From positions 1 to 56,685 of the forward strand of contig JAMWCF010000003.1 in assembly GCA_023818695.1 (NCBI GenBank): DNA of 56,685 nt, in the 5' to 3' direction. The notes beneath the pieces were generated by a model. The model saw only the letters and a list, made by a program, of their open reading frames with translations. It searched no databases and was not told the DNA's origin. A program made the position numbers and the translations under genes. Below, one piece after another: positions 8,355 to 19,013 of this stretch (position 1 is its first letter; each line of letters begins with the position of its first letter). This DNA comes from Candidatus Omnitrophota bacterium. Its GTDB lineage: Bacteria; Omnitrophota; Gorgyraeia; 1-14-0-20-64-10.

Positions 8355-9466
8355 CTCTCCCGCCCCTTGACCACCTTCTCCACCAGCCGCGCCAGTTTTT
8401 CCACCGCCGGCGTGCCGTTGGTGATGCCGGTCATCGCCTGGCGCATCTCCTCAAGCCGGCGCGGGGACCGAATAAGAGCGTTGATTCTCTTCCATAAATC
8501 GTAGGGGGCCAACTCCGATTGCTCCACCACGATCGCCCCCTGGCGCTGCGCCAGCCACCGGGCATTGGCCCTCTGGTGGCCGCCGGCATGCGGATAAGGG
8601 ATCAGGACCGCCGGCAGCCGGACGGCGGAGAGCTCGCTGATCGTGGTGGCGCCGGCCCTGGAGACCGCCAGGGTCGCCGCCGCGTAAGCCATCTCCATCT
8701 CCCGCAGAAATGGAAAGACGCGGGCCGGAACCCCCAGCAGGCGGTAAGCCTCCCGCAGTTTCTCCGGATCCTCCGAGCCGCACAGGTGGATCACCTGCAT
8801 CCCCGGTTCGTCGAAACCGGCCCTGGCCTCCCACATCTTCAGGATCGCGTCATTCACGGCGCGGGATCCCTGCGACCCGCCCATCACGAGCAGGACCGGC
8901 TCCTCCGATTCAAGCCCGAAAAATTGACGCGCCTCTCTGACCGTCACTTTCCCCTGGAAGGTCCTCAAGGGGTTGCCGGTCACCTCCACCCGGCAACCGC
9001 GGGGCAGATGCTCCCCTGTCTCTTTGAAGTGGACGGCGACCGCGTCGGCGAAACGGGCTAGCAGGCGGTTTGCCCCGCCCGGCAGAACATTTTGCTCATG
9101 AATCACCACCGGCAGGCGCGCCAATTTGGCCGCCACCAGAGCAACCGCGCTGATGTAGCCGCCGAAGCCGATTGCGGCAGCGGGCCGTTCCTTCCGGATG
9201 ACCTGCCGGATCCGCTGAAATCCCTTCCACTGGCCGACCCAGTAACCGGGCCACAGCCAGCGCAGGGAGGGCCGAACCGGCTTCAGGTCCACCCTCACCC
9301 ATTCTACCCCCGAGCCCTCCGACATCAAGCGGTCCACAGGCCTGGCGGTGCTCACCAGAACGCACCTGGCTGTCCGCTGAAGATGCTCCGCCAGCGCTAC
9401 GGCCGGCACCAGGTGCCCGCCGGACCCGCCGGCGACGATGAGGTATGTCGGCTTCAACGCTCCCAT
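8351..9466 (-). CDS. murG: Lipid II N-acetylglucosaminyl transferase
   Basis: GGSGGH, GFGGY, HEQN, GNP, GGSQG, RAGATT. Confidence 0.97.
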   Translation of the reverse strand: MGALKPTYLIVAGGSGGHLVPAVALAEHLQRTARCVLVSTARPVDRLMSEGSGVEWVRVDLKPVRPSLRWLWPGYWVGQWKGFQRIRQVIRKERPAAAIGFGGYISAVALVAAKLARLPVVIHEQNVLPGGANRLLARFADAVAVHFKETGEHLPRGCRVEVTGNPLRTFQGKVTVREARQFFGLESEEPVLLVMGGSQGSRAVNDAILKMWEARAGFDEPGMQVIHLCGSEDPEKLREAYRLLGVPARVFPFLREMEMAYAAATLAVSRAGATTISELSAVRLPAVLIPYPHAGGHQRANARWLAQRQGAIVVEQSELAPYDLWKRINALIRSPRRLEEMRQAMTGITNGTPAVEKLARLVEKVVKGRER

Positions 9467-10575
9467 TTGACCGGGCCTTTCGGAATCACCGCCGGCTGGG
9501 GCCGGCTGACATTGAGAAGGATCGCCACGCTGACCAGGTTCACCACCAGGGCCGACCCTCCGTAGCTGATGAACGGAAACGGCAATCCTTTCGTCGGGAT
9601 GGCGCCGGTGGCCACGCCGATATGCACCAGCGCCTCAAAAGCCAGCAGGAAAACGATTCCGTAGCCGGTGAAAGCGCCGAAGGTGTCCGGCGCCCTGGAG
9701 GCCAGGCGGATCCCGAACCAGACGAAAGCGGCCATCAGCAGGATGACGGCCGTCACGCCGAGCAGGCCCAGCTCTTCCCCCAGGACGGAGAAGATGAAAT
9801 CGGTGTGGGCCGCCGGCAGGTAAAAAAGCTTCTGCTTGGATTCCCCCAGCCCCACTCCCGCCACGCCGCCGGAACCGAGCGCCACCAGCGACTGGATCAG
9901 CTGGAAACCGGCCCCCTCCGGGTCGGCCCAGGGGTTCAGATAAGCGACGATCCGGCGGATCCGGTACGGTTTGAGGGCGATCAGACCCGCCACCACCGGC
10001 ACCGCCATCAGGGCCAAAGAGGCAAGCGCCTTCCCCTCCGCTCCGGCGATGAAAAGAAGAACCAGCGCGACGAAACCGATGGCCACCGCGGTCCCCAGGT
10101 CCGGCTCGGCCAGAATCAGGCAGACCACGCTGCCCAGGACAAGCAGGGGAGGCAGAACCCCCTGGAAGAAATCACCCAGGTGGGCCCGTTTCCGGTTGAG
10201 CACGTCGGCCAGGTAGATCAGCACCGCCAGCTGGGCGATCTCCGAGGGCTGAATGCTCACGGGACCCAGCCGGAACCACCGCCGGGCGCCCGACACCTTG
10301 GCGCCGATACCCGGCACCAGGACCGCCAGCAGAAGCAGGAGAGAGACGAGCAGCAGAGGCTTGGCCGCTTTGCGGATTTGCTGGGGATCCAATGTGAGAA
10401 TCCATCCCGAGAGGAACAGCCCGACGCACAGATACATCAGGTGGCGCCTCAAGAAAAATCCGGCGTCCTCGTAGACCTCCTTCGCGTAGATGGCGCTGGT
10501 GGAATAGACCATGATGACGCCGGTGACGACCAGCAGGGCGGTGGTGATCAGCAAACCGCGTCGGATTCCCTTCAC
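9454..10575 (-). CDS. ftsW: SEDS peptidoglycan polymerase FtsW
   Basis: GARRW, QPSE, EPDLG, LPAAHTDFIF, FISYGGS. Confidence 0.96.
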   Translation of the reverse strand: MKGIRRGLLITTALLVVTGVIMVYSTSAIYAKEVYEDAGFFLRRHLMYLCVGLFLSGWILTLDPQQIRKAAKPLLLVSLLLLLAVLVPGIGAKVSGARRWFRLGPVSIQPSEIAQLAVLIYLADVLNRKRAHLGDFFQGVLPPLLVLGSVVCLILAEPDLGTAVAIGFVALVLLFIAGAEGKALASLALMAVPVVAGLIALKPYRIRRIVAYLNPWADPEGAGFQLIQSLVALGSGGVAGVGLGESKQKLFYLPAAHTDFIFSVLGEELGLLGVTAVILLMAAFVWFGIRLASRAPDTFGAFTGYGIVFLLAFEALVHIGVATGAIPTKGLPFPFISYGGSALVVNLVSVAILLNVSRPQPAVIPKGPVKWER

Positions 10576-12005
10576 GGCCTTCCCCCTTCCAAAGGAAGCA
10601 GGGAGGCCGCGGCCGGCTCCTCCTTCATCAACTCCTCCACCGCCTCATGGAATTTTTCGCCCCTGTCCTCAAAATCCCTGAACATATCGAAGCTCGTGCA
10701 CATCGGCGACAGCAGAACCGATTCCCCCTCTTTCGCCATGCCGAAGGCGGTCCGAACCGCTTCCTTCAGGTCGGCCGCGAAGAAGGAGGGGACGACCCCG
10801 TGAAGAGCCCGGGCGATCGCGGACCCGTCCCGGCCAATCAGCACGGCACTCTTGAGCTTTTTGTCCCACTTCCGGATCAGCCGGAAATCGGATCCCTTGT
10901 CGATCCCGCCGGCTATCAGGATCACTTGCCCCGGCGTCGACTGGATCGCACTTAAACCGGCAGCGACGGTGGTCGACTTGGAATCGTTGATGAAGGTAAC
11001 TCCCTTGAACTGGCCGATCACCTGCTGGCGGTGTGCCAACCCCCTGAAGGAACGGATAACCTCCCCGCTGACCTCGGGCGGGACACCAAAGAGGCCGGCC
11101 AGACAGGCCGCGGCCAGGGCGTTCTCCTCATGGTGAGGCCCCTGCAGCTGCATGGCATCCCGCCGGCAGACGGTGCCGGAACGGTCCGGCAGGTTCAGAT
11201 AAAGGAAAGAGCCGTCGGACCAGGCCCCGCTCACCTTCTTTTTCCTGCTGAAAGAGACGGCGGTCCCTTTGACCAACGGCTTGAAGGAGCGGGAAGCGGG
11301 ATCATCCTCGTTGAGGAGCCCAAAACAGTGCCTCTTCTGAAAGGAAAAGATCCTCCCCTTCGCCTGCCGATACCGCTCGAACGTCCCATGGCGGTCGATG
11401 TGGTTCGTGGTGACGTTCAGAACGCAGGCGGCCTCCGGGGCGAAAGAAAGGGTCTCCTCCAGCTGGAAGGAGCTGACCTCCAGAACCACCACCGTGTTGT
11501 GACGGATCCGGTTGAGCTCCGCGGTGAACGGGGTCCCGATGTTCCCGCAAACCACGGTGTCAAACCCCGCCTTTTTGAAGATCTCGCTGGTCAGGGTGAC
11601 GACGGTCGATTTGCCGTTGGAGCCGGTGACCGCGATGATCCTCCCGGGGCAGTACCAGCTCGCCAGCTCCAGCTCCCCCACGACAGGGATCCCAAGCTCC
11701 CGGGCCCACCGAACCGGCGGCGCCTGCGGCGGCACGCCGGGACTGGTCACCAGGATCTGGGAATCCTCCACCATGCGCCGCGAATGTATTCCCAATTCGA
11801 CCGAGCCGCCCAAAGCGATGATCTCTTGCGCCGCTGAACTCAATTCGGGCGTCTCCTTCGCTTCCGTCACCCGGACGAAGCAGCCGAGCTGGATCAGCCA
11901 CTTGGCGGCGGCGAGACCGCTCTTAGCGAGCCCGACGACCGTTACCGGCGTCGCCGGCCCCGGCCGTAAAACAGCACCGCTTTTCATTCCCCCGCCCTTC
12001 TTCAT
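10572..12005 (-). CDS. murD: UDP-MurNAc-L-Ala--D-Glu ligase
   Basis: GLAKSG, TGSNGKST, EVSSFQL, NDSKST. Start at 12005 (ATGA overlap with the mraY stop) or 11987; the ORF-track start is too far upstream. Confidence 0.95.
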   Translation of the reverse strand: MKKGGGMKSGAVLRPGPATPVTVVGLAKSGLAAAKWLIQLGCFVRVTEAKETPELSSAAQEIIALGGSVELGIHSRRMVEDSQILVTSPGVPPQAPPVRWARELGIPVVGELELASWYCPGRIIAVTGSNGKSTVVTLTSEIFKKAGFDTVVCGNIGTPFTAELNRIRHNTVVVLEVSSFQLEETLSFAPEAACVLNVTTNHIDRHGTFERYRQAKGRIFSFQKRHCFGLLNEDDPASRSFKPLVKGTAVSFSRKKKVSGAWSDGSFLYLNLPDRSGTVCRRDAMQLQGPHHEENALAAACLAGLFGVPPEVSGEVIRSFRGLAHRQQVIGQFKGVTFINDSKSTTVAAGLSAIQSTPGQVILIAGGIDKGSDFRLIRKWDKKLKSAVLIGRDGSAIARALHGVVPSFFAADLKEAVRTAFGMAKEGESVLLSPMCTSFDMFRDFEDRGEKFHEAVEELMKEEPAAASLLPLEGGRP

Positions 12006-13093
12006 CGAAGTTTCAAAGTGCTCAAACTGATCAGCGCCAAAACCGCTCCGATGATCCAGAACCGGATGGTGACCTTTGACTCCGGCCACCCGATGAGCTG
12101 AAAATGGTGATGGATCGGCGTCATCAAAAAGATCCTTCTGCCGGTCAGCTTGAAAGAGGCGACCTGCAGGATGACCGACAGAGTCTCCATCACGAAGATT
12201 CCGCCGATGATCACCAGCAAAAGCTCTTTCTTGATCAGCACCGCGACCGAGCCGATGGCCCCCCCGATGGCCAGCGAGCCAACATCCCCCATGAAGACGT
12301 TGGCCGGCGGGGCGTTGTACCACAGGAACCCCATGCTGGCCCCCACCAGCGCGGCGCAAAAGATGGTCAGCTCCCCCGCCCCCGGGATGAACGGAATCAG
12401 CAGGTAGTCGGCCAGGATCTTATGGCCGGTCAGGTATGTCAGGACGGTCAGTGTCAAGCCGATCAGGATGGTGCAACCGATGGCCAGTCCGTCCAGCCCG
12501 TCGGTGAGATTCACGGCGTTGGTCGTTCCCACCAGCACCAGAAAGGCAAAAGGCATGTACCAATGCGCTAGATTGACGATAGAGTTCTTGACGAACGGGA
12601 TCTCCAGACTGGTCGGATAAGTCACGTCCAGAAGCAAAATCGTCAGGAACGCGACGGAGACCGTCCCCTGCCAGAAAAGCTTGGCACGGGAGCTCAACCC
12701 TTTTGAATTCTCTCTTCTGACTTTCAAAAGATCGTCCCAGAAACCGATCGCCCCGAAAGCAACCGTCACCCCCATCGCCAGGAGGAGCTTCAGGTTCAGG
12801 AAAGCCCCCCAGAGAAAGCTGGAGCCCAGCAGGGCCAGCAGAATCAGCAGCCCCCCCATGGTGGGGATCCCGTGTTTGTGGCTGTGCAGGTGATAAAGAC
12901 CCCTCACCTCCTCCTCCTGCCGGATATGCTGGCCCATCTTCAGTTCGGTCAGCCAACGGATCACCCAGGGAGCCAGGATGAGGGTGAGGAAAAAAGCGGT
13001 GACGGCCGCCATCGCGGCCCGGAAGGTGATGTACTTGAAAACGTTGAAACCGAACCAGAGGTCTCTTAATGAATAGAAGATGTAATAGAGCAT
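12002..13093 (-). CDS. mraY: Phospho-MurNAc-pentapeptide transferase
   Basis: PTMGG, DDLLK, NAVNLTDGLDG, FMGDVGS, PIHHHF; start trimmed to MLYYIF. Confidence 0.97.
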   Translation of the reverse strand: MLYYIFYSLRDLWFGFNVFKYITFRAAMAAVTAFFLTLILAPWVIRWLTELKMGQHIRQEEEVRGLYHLHSHKHGIPTMGGLLILLALLGSSFLWGAFLNLKLLLAMGVTVAFGAIGFWDDLLKVRRENSKGLSSRAKLFWQGTVSVAFLTILLLDVTYPTSLEIPFVKNSIVNLAHWYMPFAFLVLVGTTNAVNLTDGLDGLAIGCTILIGLTLTVLTYLTGHKILADYLLIPFIPGAGELTIFCAALVGASMGFLWYNAPPANVFMGDVGSLAIGGAIGSVAVLIKKELLLVIIGGIFVMETLSVILQVASFKLTGRRIFLMTPIHHHFQLIGWPESKVTIRFWIIGAVLALISLSTLKLR

Positions 13094-14457
13094 AACAGGA
13101 TCCGTTCCATCCGCATCGCCCGGGAGCCCTTGACCAACAGCGCGTCCCCGGGCCGGATGAGCTCCTCCAGAAATTCTTTCGCCTGTTCCACGTCGTCGAA
13201 GGAAATCACCCGTTCCGTCGGCATGCCGGCGGAACGGGCCGCCGCCGCGGTGTGGCGGCTCAAACTCCCCACCGTCATCAGGAAATCGGCGTCCGCCTCT
13301 TTCACCCATACGCCCGCCTGCTGATGGAAAGATTCGGCCTGCCGGCCCAGCTCCAGCATGTCGCCAATCACGGCAATTCGCCTGCCGGTGCAGACCGTCT
13401 GGCGGAAAACCTCCAGCGCCGCCCGCAGAGAGGTCGGATTGGCGTTGTAGGAATCGTCGATCACCAGAAAACCTCCCTGCTGCGTCAGGGAGACACGCCC
13501 GGGAACCGGCTGAAAGCTCTCCAACCGGCCGGCCGCCTGCTCAAGCGGAATTCCGGTCGCCTGGGCGGCCGCCAGAGCCGCCAGCGCGTTCATCAGATTG
13601 TGCCGGCCGGGAACCGGCAGATGCATCCTCCAGACGCCGTTGATGAAAGAGACCGATCCGGCGGCGGTCAACTGGACTTTCTCCGCCCGGACGGCGGAGT
13701 CCGCATGGTTCCCGAACCAGATAAGCCGGTGCGACAGGCGGACTCCTGCCTCCAGGAGAAGGGGATCTTCGGCGTTCAAAACAAGGGAGGCGGTCGGCTT
13801 CATGGTCTCCCACAGTTCCCCCTTGGCCTTGAGCACCCCATGAAGGTCCCCGAACGTTTCCAGGTGGGCATAGCCGATGTTGGTCACCACCCCGATGGTC
13901 GGCTTAGCGATCCGGGTCAGAGAACGGATCTCCCCCCATTGGTTCGTTCCCAGTTCCAGAACGACGGCCTGATGCTCCGCTCGAAGCTTCAGCAGATTCA
14001 AAGGGACGCCGATCAAATTGTTCTGCGTCCCTTCCGTCGCCAGAACCCGCAGCCGCTGCGAGAGGATGTGAGCCAGCATTCCCTTGGTCGTCGTCTTGCC
14101 AGCGGAACCGGTGACGGCGATGACCGGAACATCGAACCGCCGGCGGTGGAAGGCGGCCAGGTTCCCCAAAGCGGCCAGCGTGTCCTGCACCTGCCAAATC
14201 TCCACTCCGCCCGGAACGGTGAATCCTTTCACGGGCCAGCGGTCCACGACGGCGCCGGCGGCCCCCTTGCTGAAGGCCTCCTGAAGAAAATCGTGTCCAT
14301 CCAGCCGTTTGCCGTGGATGGCAACATAAAGCTCGCGGGGCCGAATCGTCCGAGTATCGATGGAAACACCCAGGAGAGGGCTCCTGCCATCTCCCGCGAT
14401 CCGGGTCCCGCCGATGGCTGCCGTGATGTCGGCCGATTGAAAGAGGGCCCTATGCAT
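13066..14457 (-). CDS. murF: UDP-MurNAc-tripeptide--D-Ala-D-Ala ligase
   Basis: TGSAGKTTTK, DDSYNANP, GDMLELG, KGSR. Confidence 0.97.
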   Translation of the reverse strand: MHRALFQSADITAAIGGTRIAGDGRSPLLGVSIDTRTIRPRELYVAIHGKRLDGHDFLQEAFSKGAAGAVVDRWPVKGFTVPGGVEIWQVQDTLAALGNLAAFHRRRFDVPVIAVTGSAGKTTTKGMLAHILSQRLRVLATEGTQNNLIGVPLNLLKLRAEHQAVVLELGTNQWGEIRSLTRIAKPTIGVVTNIGYAHLETFGDLHGVLKAKGELWETMKPTASLVLNAEDPLLLEAGVRLSHRLIWFGNHADSAVRAEKVQLTAAGSVSFINGVWRMHLPVPGRHNLMNALAALAAAQATGIPLEQAAGRLESFQPVPGRVSLTQQGGFLVIDDSYNANPTSLRAALEVFRQTVCTGRRIAVIGDMLELGRQAESFHQQAGVWVKEADADFLMTVGSLSRHTAAAARSAGMPTERVISFDDVEQAKEFLEELIRPGDALLVKGSRAMRMERILLCSITSSIH

Positions 14458-15943
14458 TCGAGCCGACCCCCGAGAGCTTGCTTTTCTTCAGAATATCCCG
14501 CGCGACGTGCCGGTCGTCGAACGGAATCACCTTGTCCCCTATCTTCTGGCCGGTCTCATGGCCTTTGCCGGCGATCAGCACCAGCCAGCCGGCATCGGCC
14601 GACTCGATCGCCTTTCGGATCGCCTCCCTTCTGTCCAAAATCGTTTCCCAGGGGGTCGAAGAACCCCACAGCCCCTGCTCGATCTCTTTGGCGATCCGGG
14701 CCGGATCTTCGCTGCGGGGATTATCCGAGGTAACAATCACCCTGTCGGCCAGCTCCGAAGCGACCTTCCCCATCCGGGGCCTCTTGGTCCGGTCCCGGTC
14801 GCCGCCGCAGCCGAAAACCAGCAGGACCTTCTTCGGGGTGACCGCCTTCACGTTGGCCAGGACCTGGAAAAGGGCATCGTCGGTGTGGGCGTAATCCACG
14901 AAAACAGGGAAAGGCCCTCCCTCATCCACCCTCTCCAGCCGACCCGGAACGCCGGAAAAAGATTCCACCGCCGGGATCACTTTCGAAAGAGGCGTGCCGG
15001 TCCCCATGACGGCGCCGAGAGAGGCCAGCAGGTTCTGAATGTTGTGGCGTCCGACCAGCTTCCATCGCACCGGGAAAGATCCCTCCGGCGTCTGGACTTC
15101 GCAGGTGGTCCCGTCCAGCCGGCAGACGATCTTCGAAGCGGCCAGGTCCGCCTCCTGCCGCAGACTGTAGCGGATCACCCGTCCGCGAGTGACCCAGCGG
15201 ATCCTTTCCCATACCGGATCGTCCCCGTTGATCACCGCCGCGGCCTGCGGCTCCAGCGCTTCGAAGAGGCGCAGCTTGGCCTTGAAATAATCCTCCCATG
15301 TCTCGTGATAATCCAGGTGCTCGGATGTGATATTCGTGAAAACGCCGGCTTTCCAGGAGATCCCGTCGGTCCGGCGCTGGTGGAGAGCGTGCGAGGAAAC
15401 CTCCATCACGCAGGCCTTCAGACCGGCCTGAAGCATCTCGTACAGCATCGATTGAATCGTCACGGCGCCGGGGGTCGTGTTGACCGATTCCTTCATGACC
15501 GGTCCAATCTGGTAATGGATGGTCCCGATCAGTCCGCAGTGGACGCCGGCCGCTTCCAGGAGGTACCGCGTCAGCCACGAAACCGTCGTTTTCCCGTTGG
15601 TGCCGGTCACACCGACCACAGCCATTTTGTCGGATGGGTTCCCGTAAAAGGAGGAGGCCACAGGGCCCAAAAGCGGCTGGGTGGCCGGAACCCGGATGAC
15701 GACCATACCGCCGGGGGCTTGGGCCTCCCTGTCGACCAAAACGGCGCGGGCTCCCTTCGCCGCCGCCTGTTCGATGAACCGGTGACCGTCGGTTTTCGTC
15801 CCGCCGACCGCCACGAACAGGGCCCCTTCGCGCACCTGCCTGGAATCATCCGTGACCTGCGTGACTGTCAGCCCGGCATGAACTCCCGCCTCGATGCCGA
15901 CGCCGCTCAGCAACTCTCCGAGCGCAACGGCCGGCCTATTCAT
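14450..15943 (-). CDS. murE: UDP-MurNAc-dipeptide--meso-DAP ligase
   Basis: TGTNGKTT, MEVSSH, DYAHT, DNPR (meso-DAP-type specificity motif), AGKGHE. Confidence 0.97.
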   Translation of the reverse strand: MNRPAVALGELLSGVGIEAGVHAGLTVTQVTDDSRQVREGALFVAVGGTKTDGHRFIEQAAAKGARAVLVDREAQAPGGMVVIRVPATQPLLGPVASSFYGNPSDKMAVVGVTGTNGKTTVSWLTRYLLEAAGVHCGLIGTIHYQIGPVMKESVNTTPGAVTIQSMLYEMLQAGLKACVMEVSSHALHQRRTDGISWKAGVFTNITSEHLDYHETWEDYFKAKLRLFEALEPQAAAVINGDDPVWERIRWVTRGRVIRYSLRQEADLAASKIVCRLDGTTCEVQTPEGSFPVRWKLVGRHNIQNLLASLGAVMGTGTPLSKVIPAVESFSGVPGRLERVDEGGPFPVFVDYAHTDDALFQVLANVKAVTPKKVLLVFGCGGDRDRTKRPRMGKVASELADRVIVTSDNPRSEDPARIAKEIEQGLWGSSTPWETILDRREAIRKAIESADAGWLVLIAGKGHETGQKIGDKVIPFDDRHVARDILKKSKLSGVGSNA

Positions 15944-17654
15944 CCGATCTCGCCATCATGAAATGCTGGCTCTGATAAGGAACCTGGAGATAGCCCAGCG
16001 TATCAGCCGCCACCTTCTTGAAAACCGGAGCGGCCACCACGCCGCCGTAATAGACCGGCCGGGGCTCATCCAGCACCACCACGATCGTCAGTCTCGGTTT
16101 TTCCACCGGCACAAAACCGATAAAGGAAGCCATGAATTTGGAATGGGAATACCCGCCCGTTGGTTCGATCTTTTGCGCGGTCCCGGTTTTACCGGCCGAC
16201 CGGTATCCTGGAACGGCCGCCATCTTGCCGGTCCCTTCCTCCACGACCCCGGCCAAAATCTCCTTCAATTCAGCTGCCACAGCCGATGGGATGACCCTCC
16301 GGACCGCCTCCGGCCGGCTGCTGTGGACCAGTGCGCCGGAAGGGTCCCGGATTTCCTTAATAATATACGGCTTCATCAGCACCCCTCCGTTGGCCACCAC
16401 GGAGATCGCCTGGGCCAACTGCATCGCGGTAACCGTCACCTCCTGCCCCATCGGGATGGCGGTGATGGAAGTCTTTGACCATTCCATCGGCGTTTTCGCG
16501 ATCCCGGCCACCTCCCCCGGCAGGCCCACACCGGTCGGCATACCGAACCCGAAGGCCTTGATCCCCTGATAAAGAGAAGCAGGCCCCAGCCGCATCGCCA
16601 CCTTGGCCGTCCCGATATTGCTGGAATTCGTGATCACCTGCCGGAATGTCAGCCATCCGTGCGGCATATGGTCATGAAGGATGTGTCCCCCGGGAATCGG
16701 GAACTCCCCGTTTTCGCAGAAAAACCGGTCCGTCGGCCGAACCACCCCCTTGCCAAGCGCGGTGGCGGCCGTTATCACTTTGAAGACGGAGCCGGGCTCG
16801 AACATGTCGGTCACGGCCCGGTTGCGCCGGTGATCCGCGTCGGCCTTGGAAAAAAGGTTCGGGTCGAAGGTGGGGCGGTTGGCGAGAGCGAGAACCTCCC
16901 CCGTGAACGGATCCATCACCACCACGCATCCTCCCTTGGCGTTTCGTTCTTCGAAAGCCCGCTCCAGTTCTTGTTCCGCGAAGAACTGGATGGTGGAGTC
17001 GACCGTCAGCACCAGATGGAGCCCGTCCCTGGGAGCCACCGCCGGCGCCTCCCAGGCCCCGACCGACCTTCTGCGGGCATCCCGCGCCATCCACCGCCAG
17101 CCGGGCTCTCCTCTCAAGATCTGGTTATAAGCCAGCTCCAATCCTTCCAACCCCACGGTATCCATATCGGTGCAGCCGATCACGTGGCTGGCGAGGTAGC
17201 CCTGCGGATAAACGCGCCGGGGTTCCATCACCAGGTCCACGCCCGGCAGTCTCATCCGGCGGATCAGCGAGGCGGTCTGGTTGGGAATCCGCCTGGCCAG
17301 CCAGACGAAGCCCCGCTCTTTATTGGAGAGCTTCGCCAGAAGTTCATCGACCGGCTGGTTTAAAACCGGGGCCAGGCGCCGGGCGATCCTCTGCGGGTCC
17401 TTGACATGCCTGGGATTGGCGAAAACGGAGGTCAGGCGAATGGAGACGGCCAGCGGCTTCCCGTTCCTGTCCAGAATATCCCCCCGTACCGGGAGGAGCT
17501 CCAGCATCTGGAAATGCTGCCGCCTGGCGATAGTCAGCCAATGGTCGGGGTGGAGAACCTGAAGCCAGAACAAACGGCCCCATAGGAGGCAGGTGATCAT
17601 GAGAAATCCCATGACCACGAAAAACAGGCGGGTTTTCTGGGCCGTGGTCAACAC
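15936..17654 (-). CDS. ftsI: Class B penicillin-binding protein (PBP3)
   Basis: RGDILDRNG, GSVFK (SxxK), SSN, KTGT; likely GTG/TTG start near 17654, exact start uncertain. Confidence 0.93.
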   Translation of the reverse strand: MLTTAQKTRLFFVVMGFLMITCLLWGRLFWLQVLHPDHWLTIARRQHFQMLELLPVRGDILDRNGKPLAVSIRLTSVFANPRHVKDPQRIARRLAPVLNQPVDELLAKLSNKERGFVWLARRIPNQTASLIRRMRLPGVDLVMEPRRVYPQGYLASHVIGCTDMDTVGLEGLELAYNQILRGEPGWRWMARDARRRSVGAWEAPAVAPRDGLHLVLTVDSTIQFFAEQELERAFEERNAKGGCVVVMDPFTGEVLALANRPTFDPNLFSKADADHRRNRAVTDMFEPGSVFKVITAATALGKGVVRPTDRFFCENGEFPIPGGHILHDHMPHGWLTFRQVITNSSNIGTAKVAMRLGPASLYQGIKAFGFGMPTGVGLPGEVAGIAKTPMEWSKTSITAIPMGQEVTVTAMQLAQAISVVANGGVLMKPYIIKEIRDPSGALVHSSRPEAVRRVIPSAVAAELKEILAGVVEEGTGKMAAVPGYRSAGKTGTAQKIEPTGGYSHSKFMASFIGFVPVEKPRLTIVVVLDEPRPVYYGGVVAAPVFKKVAADTLGYLQVPYQSQHFMMARSDE

Positions 17655-17698
17655 GTTGAAAAACCAAAGATCCTTTTTTCCGCAAAAGAACCGAGAAG

Positions 17699-18094
17699 CT
17701 ACTCTTCGTGCGCCGGCTTCGCCTGTGCCTGCCGGTTGATTCCCAAGATACTCGTCGCCGCTTTCCTGGCCAACTGAAGCCACATCGGCCGTCCGGATGC
17801 CTGGGCTCTCTGCGTGGAAACAGGGCTTTGAATGGCTTCAGCGCGCAAAACTTCGATCTGTTGTGGCGGGTTGAGTTGAATGTCCCTGCGCTCCAGCCGC
17901 TTGCTCAAGATGACGGGGGATCGGAGCGTTAGAACATTGTAATGGAGCACCCTGTGCTGGTCAAGGAGCTCGTCCTTGAGCTGTCGCAGGCGCTCGACCC
18001 GGTAGCCATCCTCCACCAGCATCACCCGTTGCTGAACGTATCCCAGACAAAACACAGTTGTCACCGTCAAAACTGAAAAGAAGGAGCGGATCAT
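17699..18094 (-). CDS. ftsL: Cell division protein FtsL-like
   Basis: TM plus coiled coil (GYRVERL...L.SP..L) between rsmH and ftsI. Confidence 0.8.
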   Translation of the reverse strand: MIRSFFSVLTVTTVFCLGYVQQRVMLVEDGYRVERLRQLKDELLDQHRVLHYNVLTLRSPVILSKRLERRDIQLNPPQQIEVLRAEAIQSPVSTQRAQASGRPMWLQLARKAATSILGINRQAQAKPAHEE

Positions 18095-18984
18095 GGGGCG
18101 GTCCCTGACCTTTCGGCGATCCGCAGGTTCGCCGACCTGGCCCTGGAATTCCGGGCCACTTCCGCCTCGGCGGGAACCACCGGCCTGGCGGTGATCATTT
18201 TCAACTGGCCGGCCCTTGTCCGGTCTCTGAAAACGTTCCTCACGATACGGTGCTCCAGCGAGTGATAGGACAGCACGGCGATGCGCCCGCCCTCCCGGAG
18301 ATGATCGATCGCCTGGTTCAATCCGGACGGCAGAAGCTCCAGCTCTTTATTGACGGCGATCCGAATCGCCTGAAAGGAACGGGTCGCCGGATTGATCCTT
18401 CCCCGGCGGGCGGTGGGCGGAACGGCCTTTCGGATTGTTTCCGCCAGCACCCCGGTCGTGGCAAACGGCCGCTCTTTGACGATCGCCCTGGCGATGCGGC
18501 CGGCCCACCGCTCCTGGCCGTACAACCTCAACAGTTCTTCCAGATCCCTGGCTGAAATCCGGTTGACCAGCTCGGCCGCCGAAAAACCGCTGTGGGGATC
18601 CATCCGCATGTCCAGAGGGCCGTCCGCCTTGAAGCTGAAACCCCTCTGCGGCCGGTCCAGCTGCAAAGAGGAAACCCCCAGGTCGAACAAAACGGCGTCG
18701 ACCTTCCCCACCTTCAGCCGGTTGAGAAGTTCCGAAATCTTTCCAAAATCCGAATGAATCAGCGTCATCCGCCCACCATACTTTTGAAGCCGTTTCTCCG
18801 CCGCTTCCAGCGCCTCTTTGTCCCGGTCGATGCCGATCAACCGTCCGTCAGGACCAGCTGACTCTAAAAGGGCTTGCGCGTGCCCGCCCAAACCGATGGT
18901 TGCGTCAAGAACAACGCCGCCAGGGCGAACTGCCAGGCCCGATACGACTTCATGAAGCAAAACCGGTTTATGAACGATCTCCAC
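18091..18984 (-). CDS. rsmH: 16S rRNA m4C1402 methyltransferase
   Basis: HKPVLL, DATIGLGGH, DLGVSSLQLD, NSRARSA. Confidence 0.97.
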   Translation of the reverse strand: MEIVHKPVLLHEVVSGLAVRPGGVVLDATIGLGGHAQALLESAGPDGRLIGIDRDKEALEAAEKRLQKYGGRMTLIHSDFGKISELLNRLKVGKVDAVLFDLGVSSLQLDRPQRGFSFKADGPLDMRMDPHSGFSAAELVNRISARDLEELLRLYGQERWAGRIARAIVKERPFATTGVLAETIRKAVPPTARRGRINPATRSFQAIRIAVNKELELLPSGLNQAIDHLREGGRIAVLSYHSLEHRIVRNVFRDRTRAGQLKMITARPVVPAEAEVARNSRARSANLRIAERSGTAP

Positions 18985-19013
18985 ACGGCTCCCTTACCTC
19001 CTCAAGCGCGCTC